A DNA stretch of 64,000 bases, taken from contig OZ024741.1 in the NCBI GenBank assembly GCA_964016885.1, positions 247,380,001 to 247,444,000 on the forward strand. Direction: 5' to 3'. Source of the stretch: Eledone cirrhosa (Eukaryota). The position numbers and the translations under genes are program-made. Shown piece after piece: positions 51,945 through 64,000 of the stretch (the first letter of the stretch is position 1; each line of letters opens with the position of its first letter). Under the pieces are notes generated by a model. That model did not search any database. It had not been told where the DNA came from and saw only the letters and a list, made by a program, of their open reading frames with translations.

Positions 51945-53579
51945 TACCTCTCCTTGGACGGCTGAAAATTATCTCCCCTTGGACGGCTGGAAATTATCTC
52001 CCCTTGATTTTTTTACAAATTATCTCCCCCTGATTTTTTTTTTACAAATTATCTCCCTCTGATTTTTTTTTACAAATTATCTACCCCTGATTTTTTTTTA
52101 CAAATTATCTCCCCCTGATTTTTTTTACAAATTATCTCCCCCTGATTTTTTTTTACAAATTATCTCCCCCTGATTTTTTTACAAATTATCTCCCCCTGAT
52201 TTTTTTTACAAATTATCTCCGCCTGATTTTTTTAAATATTATCTCTCCTTGGCTGGCGGGAAATTATCTCCCCTTGGACGGCTGGAAATTATCTCCCCTT
52301 GGAAGGATGGAAATTATCTCCCCTTGGACGGCTAGAAATTATCTCTCTTTGGACGGCTGGAAATTATCACCCCTTGAGTTTTTTACAAATTATCTCCCCC
52401 TGATTTTTTTTACAAATCTCCCAGTGATTTTTAAAAAAAAATTATCTCCCCTTCGCTGGCTGGAAATTATCTCCCCTTGGACGCTGGAAATTATAGCCCC
52501 TTGGAGGGCTTGAAATTATCTTCCCTTGGACGGCTGGAAATTATCTCCCCTTGATTTTTTTTTACAAATTATCTCCCCCTGATTTTTTTTTACAAATTAT
52601 CTCCCCCTGATTTTTTTTTACAACTTATCTGCGCCAGATTTTTTTAAAAAAATTATCTCCCCTTGGACGGCTGGAAATTATCTCCCCTTGGACGGCTGGA
52701 AATTATCTCTCCTTGGACGGCTAGAATTTACCTCTCCTTGGACGGCTGAAAATTATCTCCCCTTGGACGGCTGGAAATTATCTCCCCTTGATTTTTTTAC
52801 AAATTATCTCCCCCTGATTTTTTTTTTACAAATTATCTCCCTCTGATTTTTTTTTACAAATTATCTACCCCTGATTTTTTTTTACAAATTATCTCCCCCT
52901 GATTTTTTTTACAAATTATCTCCCCCTGATTTTTTTTTACAAATTATCTCCCCCTGATTTTTTTACAAATTATCTCCCCCTGATTTTTTTTACAAATTAT
53001 CTCCGCCTGATTTTTTTAAATATTATCTCTCCTTGGCTGGCGGGAAATTATCTCCCCTTGGACGGCTGGAAATTATCTCCCCTTGGAAGGATGGAAATTA
53101 TCTCCCCTTGGACGGCTAGAAATTATCTCTCTTTGGACGGCTGGAAATTATCACCCCTTGAGTTTTTTACAAATTATCTCCCCCTGATTTTTTTTACAAA
53201 TCTCCCAGTGATTTTTAAAAAAAAATTATCTCCCCTTCGCTGGCTGGAAATTATCTCCCCTTGGACGCTGGAAATTATAGCCCCTTGGAGGGCTTGAAAT
53301 TATCTTCCCTTGGACGGCTGGAAATTATCTCCCCTTGATTTTTTTTTACAAATTATCTCCCCCTGATTTTTTTTTACAAATTATCTCCCCCTGATTTTTT
53401 TTTACAACTTATCTGCGCCAGATTTTTTTAAAAAAATTATCTCCCCTTGGACGGCTGGAAATTATCTCCCCTTGGACGGCTGGAAATTATCTCTCCTTGG
53501 ACGGCTAGAATTTACCTCTCCTTGGACGGCTGAAAATTATCTCCCCTTGGACGGCTGGAAATTATCTCCCCTTGATTTT
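51945..53579 (+). repeat. Local tandem duplication with 784-bp period
   Basis: Identical 79-aa pseudo-ORFs start at 52274 and 53058. Both copies carry TCTCCCTCTG, GGGCTTGAAA and GCGCCAGA. Confidence 0.9.
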
Positions 53580-54183
53580 TTTTACAAATTATCTCCCCCT
53601 GATTTTTTTTTACGAATTATCTCCCCCTGATTTTTTTTTACAAATTATCTCCCCCTGATTTTTTTTACAAATTATCTCCCCCTGATTTTTTTTACAAATT
53701 ATCTCCCTCTGATTTTTTTACAAATTATCTCCCCTTGGCTGGCTGGAAATTATCTCCCCTAGGAGGCTGGAACTTATCTCCCCTTGGACGGCTAGAAATT
53801 ACCTCTCTTTGGACGGCTGGAAAATATGTCTCCTTGGACGGCTGGATATTATCTCCCCTTGGACGGCTGGAAATTATCTCCCCTTGGACGGCTGGAAATT
53901 ATCTCCCCTTGGATGGCTAGATATTACCTCCCCTTGGACGGCTGGAAATTATCTCCCCTTGATTTTTTTTACAAATTATCTCCCCCTGATTTTTTTTTAC
54001 AAATTATCTCCCCCGATTTTTTTTTACAAATTATCTCCCCCTGATTTTTTTTTACAAATTATCTCCCCCTGATTTTTGTTTACAAATTATCTCCCCTTGG
54101 ACGGCTGGAAATTATCTCCCCTTGGACGGCTAGAAATTACCTCTCCTTGGACGGCTGAAAATTATCCTCCCTTGGACGGCTGG

Positions 54184-54597
54184 AAATTATCTCCCCTTGA
54201 TTTTTTTACAAATTATCTCCCCCTGATTTTTTTTTTACAAATTATCTCCCCCGATTTTTTTTTACAAATTATCTACCCCTGATTTTTTTTTACAAATTAT
54301 CTCCCCCTGATTTTTTTTACAAATTATCTCCCCCTGATTTTTTTTACAAATTATCTACCCCTGATTTTTTTTACAAATTATCTCCCCCTGATTTTTTTTA
54401 CAAATTATCTCCCCCTGATTTTTTTTTTACAAATTATCTCACCCTGATTTTTTTACAAATTATCTCCCCCTGATTTTTTTTACAAATTATCTCCCCCTGA
54501 TTTTTTTTTACAAATTATCTCCCCCTGATTTTTTTTTACAAATTATCTCCCCCTGATTTTTTTTTTACAAATTATCTCCGCTTGATTTTTTAAAAAA
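54184..54597 (+). repeat. Longest pure type B run noticed (~15 monomers, ~410 bp)
   Basis: There is no GACGGCTGG tail between about 54184 and 54600. The monomer count is estimated from length. Confidence 0.75.
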
Positions 54598-56339
54598 ATT
54601 ATCTCCCCTTGGACGGCTGGAAATTATCTCCCCATGGACGGCTGGAAATTATCTCCCCTTGGACGGCTAGAAATTATCTCTCCTTGGACGGCTGAAAATT
54701 ATCTCCCCTTGGACGGCTGCAAATTATCTCCCCTTGATTTTTTTTATAAATTATCTCCCCCTGATTTTTTTTACAAATTATCTCCCCCTGATTTTTTTTA
54801 CAAATCTCCCAGTGATTTTTTTAAAAAAATTATCTCCCCTTGGACGGCTGGAAATTATCTCCCCTTGGACGGCTGGAAATTATCTCGCCTTGGACGGCTA
54901 GAATTTACCTCTCCTTGGACGGCTGAAAATTATCTCCCCTTGGACGGCTGGAAATTATCTCCCCTTGATTTTTTTACAAATTATCTCCCCCTGATTTTTT
55001 TTTACAAATTATCTCCCCCTGATTTTTTTTTACAAATTATCTCCCCCTGATTTTTTTTTACAAATTATCTCCCCCTGATTTTTTTTACAAATTATCTCCC
55101 CCCTGATTTTTTTACAAATTATCTCCCCTTGGCTGGCTGGAAATTATCTCCCCTTGGAGGCTGGAACTTATCTCCCCTTGGACGGCTAGAAATTACCTCT
55201 CCTTGGACGGCTGGAAAATATGTCTCCTTGGACGGCTGGATATTATCTCCCCTTGGACGGCTGGAAATTATCTCCCCTTGGACGGCTGGAAATTATCTCC
55301 CCTTGGATGGCTAGATATTACCTCCCCTTGGACGGCTGGAAATTATCTCCCTTTGATTTTTTTTACAAATTATCTCCCCCTGATTTTTTTTTACAAATTA
55401 TCTCCCCCTGATTTTTTTTTACAAATTATCTCCCCCTGATTTTTGTTTACAAATTATCTCCGCCTGATTTTTTTTTAAAAATTATCTCCCCTTGGACGGC
55501 TGGAAATTATCTCCCCTTGGACGGCTAGAAATTACCTCTCCTTGGACGGCTGAAAATTATCTCCCCTTGGACGGCTGGAAATTATCTCCCCTTGATTTTT
55601 TTACAAATTATCTCCCCCTGATTTTTTTTTTACAAATTATCTCCCCCTGATTTTTTTTTACAAATTATCTACCCCTGATTTTTTTTTACAAATTATCTCC
55701 CCCTGATTTTTTTTTACAAATTATCTCCCCCTGATTTTTTTACAAATTATCTCCCCCTGATTTTTTTTACAAATTATCTCCGCCTGATTTTTTTAAATAT
55801 TATCTCTCCTTGGCTGGCGGGAAATTATCTCCCCTTGGACGGCTGGAAATTATCTCCCCTTGGAAGGATGGAAATTATCTCCCCTTGGACGGCTAGAAAT
55901 TATCTCTCTTTGGACGGCTGGAAATTATCACCCCTTGAGTTTTTTACAAATTATCTCCCCCTGATTTTTTTTACAAATCTCCCAGTGATTTTTAAAAAAA
56001 AATTATCTCCCCTTCGCTGGCTGGAAATTATCTCCCCTTGGACGCTGGAAATTATAGCCCCTTGGAGGGCTTGAAATTATCTTCCCTTGGACGGCTGGAA
56101 ATTATCTCTCCTTGGACGGCTAGAATTTAGCTCTCCTTGGACGGCTGAAAATTATCTCCCCTTGGACGGCTGGAAATTATCTCCCCTTGATTTTTTTTAC
56201 AAATTATCTCCCCCTGATTTTTTTTACGAATTATCTCCCCCTGATTTTTTTTTACAAATTATCTCCCCCTGATTTTTTTTTACAAATTATCTCCCCCTGA
56301 TTTATTTTACAAATTATCTCCCTCTGATTTTTTTACAAA

Positions 56340-59300
56340 TTATCTCCCCTTGGCTGGCTGGAAATTATCTCCCCTAGGAGGCTGGAACTTATCTCCCCTT
56401 GGACGGCTAGAAATTACCTCTCTTTGGACGGCTGGAAAATATGTCTCCTTGGACGGCTGGATATTATCTCCCCTTGGACGGCTGGAAATTATCTCCCCTT
56501 GGACGGCTGGAAATTATCTCCCCTTGGATGGCTAGATATTACCTCCCCTTGGACGGCTGGAAATTATCTCCCCTTGATTTTTTTTACAAATTATCTCCCC
56601 CTGATTTTTTTTTACAAATTATCTCCCCCGATTTTTTTTTACAAATTATCTCCCCCTGATTTTTTTTTACAAATTATCTCCCCCTGATTTTTGTTTACAA
56701 ATTATCTCCCCTTGGACGGCTGGAAATTATCTCCCCTTGGACGGCTAGAAATTACCTCTCCTTGGACGGCTGAAAATTATCCTCCCTTGGACGGCTGGAA
56801 ATTATCTCCCCTTGATTTTTTTACAAATAATCTCCCCCTGATTTTTTTTTTACAAATTATCTCACCCTGATTTTTTTTACAAATTATCTACCCCTGATTT
56901 TTTTTTACAAATTATCTCCCCCTGATTTTTTTTACAAATTATCTTCCACTGATTTTTTTTACAAATTATCTCCACCTGATTTTTTAAAAAATTATCTCCC
57001 CTTGGAAGGCTGGAAATTATCTCCCCTTGGCTGGAAATTATCTCCCCTTGAACGGCTAGAAATTATCTCTCTTTGGACGGCTGGAAATTATCACCCCTTG
57101 AGTTTTTTACAAATTATCTCCCCCTGATTTTTTTTACAAATCTCCCAGTGATTTTTAAAAAAAAATTATCTCCCCTTCGCTGGCTGGAAATTATCTCCCC
57201 TTGGACGCTGGAAATTATAGCCCCTTGGAGGGCTTGAAATTATCTTCCCTTGGACGGCTGGAAATTATCTCCCCTTGATTTTTTTTTACAAATTATCTCC
57301 CCCTGATTTTTTTTTACAAATTATCTCCCCCTGATTTTTTTTTACAACTTATCTGCGCCTGATTTTTTTAAAAAAATTATCTCCCCTTGGACGGCTGGAA
57401 ATTATCTCCCCTTGGACGGCTGGAAATTATCTCTCCTTGGACGGCTAGAATTTACCTCTCCTTGGACGGCTGAAAATTATCTCCCCTTGGACGGCTGGAA
57501 ATTATCTCCCCTTGATTTTTTTTACAAATTATCTCCCCCTGATTTTTTTTTACGAATTATCTCCCCCTGATTTTTTTTTACAAATTATCTCCCCCTGATT
57601 TTTTTTTACAAATTATCTCCCCCTGATTTTTTTTACAAATTATCTCCCTCTGATTTTTTTACAAATTATCTCCCCTTGGCTGGCTGGAAATTATCTCCCC
57701 TAGGAGGCTGGAACTTATCTCCCCTTGGACGGCTAGAAATTACCTCTCTTTGGACGGCTGGAAAATATGTCTCCTTGGACGGCTGGATATTATCTCCCCT
57801 TGGACGGCTGGAAATTATCTCCCCTTGGACGGCTGGAAATTATCTCCCCTTGGATGGCTAGATATTACCTCCTCTTGGACGGCTGGAAATTATCTCCCCT
57901 TGATTTTTTTTTACAAATTATCTCCCCCTGATTTTTTTTTACAAATTATCTCCCTCGATTTTTTTTTACAAATTATCTCTCCCTGATTTTTTTTTACAAA
58001 TTATCTCCCCCTGATTTTTGTTTACAAATTATCTCCCCTTGGACGGCTGGAAATTATCTCCCCTTGGACGGCTAGAAATTACCTCTCCTTGGACGGCTGA
58101 AAATTATCCTCCCTTGGACGGCTGGAAATTATCTCCCCTTGATTTTTTTACAAATTATCTCCCCCTGATTTTTTTTTTACAAATTATCTCACCCTGATTT
58201 TTTTTACAAATTATCTACCCCTGATTTTTTTTTACAAATTATCTCCCCCTGATTTTTTTTACAAATTATCTCCCACTGATTTTTTTTTTACAAATTATCT
58301 CCCCCTGATTTTTTTACAAATTATCTCCCCCTGATTTTTTTTACAAATTATATCCGCCTGATTTTTTTAAATATTATCTCTCCTTGGCTGGCGGGAAATT
58401 ATCTCCCCTTGGACGGCTGGAAATTATCTCCCCTTGGAAGGATGGAAATTATCTCCCCTTGGACGGCTGGAAATTATCTACCCCTGATTTTTTTTACAAA
58501 TTATCTCCCCCTGATTTTTTTTACAAATTATCTCCCCCTGATTTTTTTTTTACAAATTATCTCCCCCTGATTTTTTTACAAATTATCTCCCCCTGATTTT
58601 TTTTACAAATTATCTCCGCCTGATTTTTTAAAATATTATCTTACCTTGGCTGGCGGGAAATTATCTCCCCTTGGACGGCTGAAAATTATCTCCCCTTGGA
58701 CGGCTGGAAATTATCTCCCCTTGATTTTTTTTACAAATTATCTCCCCCTGATTTTTTTTTACAAATTATCTCCCCCTGATTTAAAAAAAAAAATTATCTC
58801 CCCTTCGCTGGCTGGAAATTATCTCCCCTTGGACGCTGGAAATTATAGCCCCTTGGAGGGCTGGAAATTATCTTCCCTTGGACGGCTGGAAATTATCTCC
58901 CCTTGATTTTTTTTTACAAATTATCTCCCCCTGATTTTTTTTTACAAATTATCTCCCCCTGATTTTTTTTTACAAATTATCTCCCCCTGATTTCTTTTTT
59001 ACAAATTATCTCCGCCTGATTTTTTTTTTTAAATTATCTCCCCTTGGACGGCTGCAAATTATCTCCCCTTGATTTTTTTTACAAATTATCTCCCCCTGAT
59101 TTTTTTTACAAATTATCTCCCCCTGATTTTTTTTACAAATTATCTACCCCTGATTTTTTTTACAAATTATCTCCCCCTGATTTTTTTTTACAAATTATCT
59201 CCCTCTGATTTTTTTTTACAAATTATCTCCCCCTGATTTTTTTTTACAAATTATCTCCCCCTGATTTTTTTACAAATTATCTCCCCCTGATTTTTTTTAC

Positions 59301-62300
59301 AATCTCCGCCTGATTTTTTTAAAAATTATCTTCCCTTGGCTGGCGGGAAATTATCTCCCCTTGGACGGCTGGAAATTATCTCCCCTTGGAAGGATGGAAA
59401 TTATCTCCCCTTGGACGGCTGGAAATTATCTCCCCTTGCACGGCTGGAAATTATCTCCCCTTGGCTGGAAATTATCTCCCCTTGGACGGCTAGAAATTAT
59501 CTCTCTTTGGACGGCTGGAAATTATCTCCCTTTGATTTTTTTTACAAATTATCTCCCTCTGATTTTTTTTACAAATCTCCCCCTGATTTTTAAAAAAAAA
59601 TTATCTCCCCTTCGCTGGCTGGAAATTATCTCCCCTTGGACACTGGAAATTATAGCCCCTTGGAGGGCTGGAAATTATCTTCTCTTGGACGGCTGGAAAT
59701 TATCTCCCCTTGATTTTTTTTACAAATTATCTCCCCCTGATTTTTTTTTACAAATTATCTCCCCCGATTTTTTTTTACAAATTATCTCCCCCTGATTTTT
59801 TTTTACAAATTATCTCCCCCTGATTTTTGTTTACAAATTATCTCCCCTTGGACGGCTGGAAATTATCTCCCCTTGGACGGCTAGAAATTACCTCTCCTTG
59901 GACGGCTGAAAATTATCCTCCCTTGGACGGCTGGAAATTATCTCCCCTTGATTTTTTTACAAATTATCTCCCCCTGATTTTTTTTTTACAAATTATCTCA
60001 CCCTGATTTTTTTTACAAATTATCTACCCCTGATTTTTTTTTACAAATTATCTCCCCCTGATTTTTTTTACAAATTATCTCCCACTGATTTTTTTTTACA
60101 AATTATCTCCCCCTGATTTTTTTACAAATTATCTCCCCCTGATTTTTTTTACAAATTATATCCGCCTGATTTTTTTAAATATTATCTCTCCTTGGCTGGC
60201 GGGAAATTATCTCCCCTTGGACGGCTGGAAATTATCTCCCCTTGGCTGGCTGGAAATTATCTCCCCTAGGAGGCTGGAAATTATCTCCCCTTGGACGGCT
60301 AGAAATTACCTCTCTTTGGACGGCTGGAAAATATGTCTCCTTGGACGGCTGGATATTATCTCCCCTTGGACGGCTGGAAATTATCTCCCCTTGGACGGCT
60401 GGAAATTATCTCCCCTTGGATGGCTAGATATTACCTCCCCTTGGACGGCTGGAAATTATCTCCCCTTGATTTTTTTTACAAATTATCTCCCCCTGATTTT
60501 TTTTTACAAATTATCTCCCCCGATTTTTTTTTACAAATTATCTCCCCCTGATTTTTTTTTACAAATTATCTCCCCCTGATTTTTGTTTACAAATTATCTC
60601 CCCTTGGACGGCTGGAAATTATCTCCCCTTGGACGGCTAGAAATTACCTCTCCTTGGACGGCTGAAAATTATCCTCCCTTGGACGGCTGGAAATTATCTC
60701 CCCTTGATTTTTTTACAAATAATCTCCCCCTGATTTTTTTTTTACAAATTATCTACCCCTGATTTTTTTTTACAAATTATCTCCCCCTGATTTTTTTTAC
60801 AAATTATCTTCCACTGATTTTTTTTACAAATTATCTCCACCTGATTTTTTAAAAAATTATCTCCCCTTGGAAGGCTGGAAATTATCTCCCCTTGGCTGGA
60901 AATTATCTCCCCTTGAACGGCTAGAAATTATCTCTCTTTGGACGGCTGGAAATTATCACCCCTTGAGTTTTTTACAAATTATCTCCCCCTGATTTTTTTT
61001 ACAAATCTCCCAGTGATTTTTAAAAAAAAATTATCTCCCCTTCGCTGGCTGGAAATTATCTCCCCTTGGACGCTGGAAATTATAGCCCCTTGGAGGGCTT
61101 GAAATTATCTTCCCTTGGACGGCTGGAAATTATCTCCCCTTGATTTTTTTTTACAAATTATCTCCCCCTGATTTTTTTTTACAAATTATCTCCCCCTGAT
61201 TTTTTTTTACAACTTATCTGCGCCTGATTTTTTTAAAAAAATTATCTCCCCTTGGACGGCTGGAAATTATCTCCCCTTGGACGGCTGGAAATTATCTCTC
61301 CTTGGACGGCTAGAATTTACCTCTCCTTGGACGGCTGAAAATTATCTCCCCTTGGACGGCTGGAAATTATCTCCCCTTGATTTTTTTTACAAATTATCTC
61401 CCCCTGATTTTTTTTTACGAATTATCTCCCCCTGATTTTTTTTTACAAATTATCTCCCCCTGATTTTTTTTTACAAATTATCTCCCCCTGATTTTTTTTA
61501 CAAATTATCTCCCTCTGATTTTTTTACAAATTATCTCCCCTTGGCTGGCTGGAAATTATCTCCCCTAGGAGGCTGGAACTTATCTCCCCTTGGACGGCTA
61601 GAAATTACCTCTCTTTGGACGGCTGGAAAATATGTCTCCTTGGACGGCTGGATATTATCTCCCCTTGGACGGCTGGAAATTATCTCCCCTTGGACGGCTG
61701 GAAATTATCTCCCCTTGGATGGCTAGATATTACCTCCCCTTGGACGGCTGGAAATTATCTCCCCTTGATTTTTTTTTACAAATTATCTCCCCCTGATTTT
61801 TTTTTACAAATTATCTCCCTCGATTTTTTTTTACAAATTATCTCTCCCTGATTTTTTTTTACAAATTATCTCCCCCTGATTTTTGTTTACAAATTATCTC
61901 CCCTTGGACGGCTGGAAATTATCTCCCCTTGGACGGCTAGAAATTACCTCTCCTTGGACGGCTGAAAATTATCCTCCCTTGGACGGCTGGAAATTATCTC
62001 CCCTTGATTTTTTTACAAATTATCTCCCCCTGATTTTTTTTTTACAAATTATCTCACCCTGATTTTTTTTACAAATTATCTACCCCTGATTTTTTTTTAC
62101 AAATTATCTCCCCCTGATTTTTTTTACAAATTATCTCCCACTGATTTTTTTTTTACAAATTATCTCCCCCTGATTTTTTTACAAATTATCTCCCCCTGAT
62201 TTTTTTTACAAATTATATCCGCCTGATTTTTTTAAATATTATCTCTCCTTGGCTGGCGGGAAATTATCTCCCCTTGGACGGCTGGAAATTATCTCCCCTT

Positions 62301-64000
62301 GGAAGGATGGAAATTATCTCCCCTTGGACGGCTGGAAATTATCTACCCCTGATTTTTTTTACAAATTATCTCCCCCTGATTTTTTTTACAAATTATCTCC
62401 CCCTGATTTTTTTTTTACAAATTATCTCCCCCTGATTTTTTTACAAATTATCTCCCCCTGATTTTTTTTACAAATTATCTCCGCCTGATTTTTTAAAATA
62501 TTATCTTACCTTGGCTGGCGGGAAATTATCTCCCCTTGGACGGCTGAAAATTATCTCCCCTTGGACGGCTGGAAATTATCTCCCCTTGATTTTTTTTACA
62601 AATTATCTCCCCCTGATTTTTTTTTACAAATTATCTCCCCCTGATTTAAAAAAAAAAATTATCTCCCCTTCGCTGGCTGGAAATTATCTCCCCTTGGACG
62701 CTGGAAATTATAGCCCCTTGGAGGGCTGGAAATTATCTTCCCTTGGACGGCTGGAAATTATCTCCCCTTGATTTTTTTTTACAAATTATCTCCCCCTGAT
62801 TTTTTTTTACAAATTATCTCCCCCTGATTTTTTTTTACAAATTATCTCCCCCTGATTTTTTTTTTACAAATTATCTCCGCCTGATTTTTTTTTTAAAATT
62901 ATCTCCCCTTGGACGGCTGCAAATTATCTCCCCTTGATTTTTTTTACAAATTATCTCCCCCTGATTTTTTTTACAAATTATCTCCCCCTGATTTTTTTTA
63001 CAAATTATCTACCCCTGATTTTTTTTACAAATTATCTCCCCCTGATTTTTTTTTACAAATTATCTCCCTCTGATTTTTTTTTACAAATTATCTCCCCCTG
63101 ATTTTTTTTTACAAATTATCTCCCCCTGATTTTTTTACAAATTATCTCCCCCTGATTTTTTTTACAATCTCCGCCTGATTTTTTTAAAAATTATCTTCCC
63201 TTGGCTGGCGGGAAATTATCTCCCCTTGGACGGCTGGAAATTATCTCCCCTTGGAAGGATGGAAATTATCTCCCCTTGGACGGCTGGAAATTATCTCCCC
63301 TTGCACGGCTGGAAATTATCTCCCCTTGGCTGGAAATTATCTCCCCTTGGACGGCTAGAAATTATCTCTCTTTGGACGGCTGGAAATTATCTCCCTTTGA
63401 TTTTTTTTACAAATTATCTCCCTCTGATTTTTTTTACAAATCTCCCCCTGATTTTTTAAAAAAAATTATCTCCCCTTCGCTGGCTGGAAATTATCTCCCC
63501 TTGGACACTGGAAATTATAGCCCCTTGGAGGGCTGGAAATTATCTTCTCTTGGACGGCTGGAAATTATCTCCCCTTGATTTTTTTTACAAATTATCTCCC
63601 CCTGATTTTTTTTTACAAATTATCTCCCCCGATTTTTTTTTACAAATTATCTCCCCCTGATTTTTTTTTACAAATTATCTCCCCCTGATTTTTGTTTACA
63701 AATTATCTCCCCTTGGACGGCTGGAAATTATCTCCCCTTGGACGGCTAGAAATTACCTCTCCTTGGACGGCTGAAAATTATCCTCCCTTGGACGGCTGGA
63801 AATTATCTCCCCTTGATTTTTTTACAAATTATCTCCCCCTGATTTTTTTTTTACAAATTATCACCCTGATTTTTTTTACAAATTATCTACCCCTGATTTT
63901 TTTTTACAAATTATCTCCCCCTGATTTTTTTTACAAATTATCTCCCACTGATTTTTTTTTTACAAATTATCTCCCCCTGATTTTTTTACAAATTATCTCC
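56340..64000 (+). repeat. Tandem duplication with 3892/3865-bp period (about 56340-60135 vs 60232-64000)
   Basis: Pair 56441/60333 differs by 3892, as does the private variant CAAATAATCTCC at 56824/60716. Pairs 57676/61541, 58384/62249, 58646/62511 and 59336/63201 differ by 3865. Both copies carry TCTCCCTCGATTT. Confidence 0.93.

Larger units (their letters stand above)
1..64000. repeat. Composite tandem satellite array of two monomer families (25-bp type A, 26-29-bp type B) sharing a 16-bp core; runs off both window ends
   Basis: The core AAATTATCTCCCC(T/C)TG, or a 1-4 nt variant of it, recurs every ~21-29 bp from base 1 to base 64000. It is followed by either GACGGCTGG (A) or A-T7..10-AC (B). 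No unique insert or orientation switch was seen. Confidence 0.99.

Noticed and set aside
437-63578. The many short + strand ORFs (61-144 aa) with recurring peptides such as KLSPLGRLEIISPWTAGNYLPLDGW and YKLSPPDFF
   Set aside because: They are artefacts of the repeat. The A monomer has no + strand stop and, at 25 bp, cycles through all three frames. The 27-bp B monomer is open in two frames. Most starts are the TTG of CCTTGG or CCTTGA, the ORFs overlap in different frames, and they end when T-tract length changes. The minus strand has TAA (from AGATAA) in nearly every unit, which explains why it has no ORFs.
1-64000. CRISPR-like array (constant core plus variable segment)
   Set aside because: The variable segments are only ~5-13 bp and fall into two recurrent classes rather than unique spacers. 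There is no leader and no cas gene.
1-64000. Telomerase- or reverse-transcriptase-synthesised long repeat (such as the 23-25-bp budding-yeast telomere units)
   Set aside because: Unit length and G/C strand bias are superficially similar, but the sequence matches no telomere repeat I know. Multi-kb duplications carrying private variants point to recombination or replication-based amplification rather than templated addition. A subtelomeric location is not excluded.
1-64000. Plasmid or viral iterons, or an origin repeat region
   Set aside because: No rep gene or other coding or unique sequence occurs in 64 kb, and the scale and hierarchy fit satellite DNA.
1-64000. Pure sequencing or assembly artefact (concatemer or collapsed repeat)
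   Set aside because: Paralogous copies differ by private substitutions and whole-monomer indels in a nested pattern, which a simple artefact would not produce. Individual near-identical duplications still need read-level confirmation.
1-64000. Inversions or embedded transposon fragments
   Set aside because: No reverse-complement core (GGGGAGATAATTT) and no non-satellite segment was seen on the + strand by eye.

Overview
The whole 64-kb window is one uninterrupted, single-orientation composite satellite array of roughly 2,400 monomers (64,000 / ~26 bp). I see no unique sequence, genes, RNA genes, transposons or CRISPR. Two monomer families share a 16-bp core, AAATTATCTCCCC(T/C)TG. Type A is 25 bp (AAATTATCTCCCCTTGGACGGCTGG, 52% GC). 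Type B is 26-29 bp (AAATTATCTCCCCCTGA-T7..10-AC, ~30% GC). They alternate in blocks (A runs of about 1-9, B runs of about 1-15). The blocks are built from a small vocabulary of fixed-order variant cassettes, and these are amplified in nested duplications with periods of ~0.78, 0.87, 3.9, 4.4, 4.9-5.1, 6.2-6.3 and 17.7 kb. Diagnostic variants split the window into layers: the two flanks (about 1-7.5 kb and 49.5-64 kb) resemble each other more than they resemble the interior. All listed ORFs are translation artefacts of the repeat. The most likely source is eukaryotic heterochromatic, (peri)centromeric or subtelomeric satellite, but organism and function cannot be determined from the sequence. 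Coordinates and offsets were read by eye and from the ORF track, so duplication boundaries are approximate.
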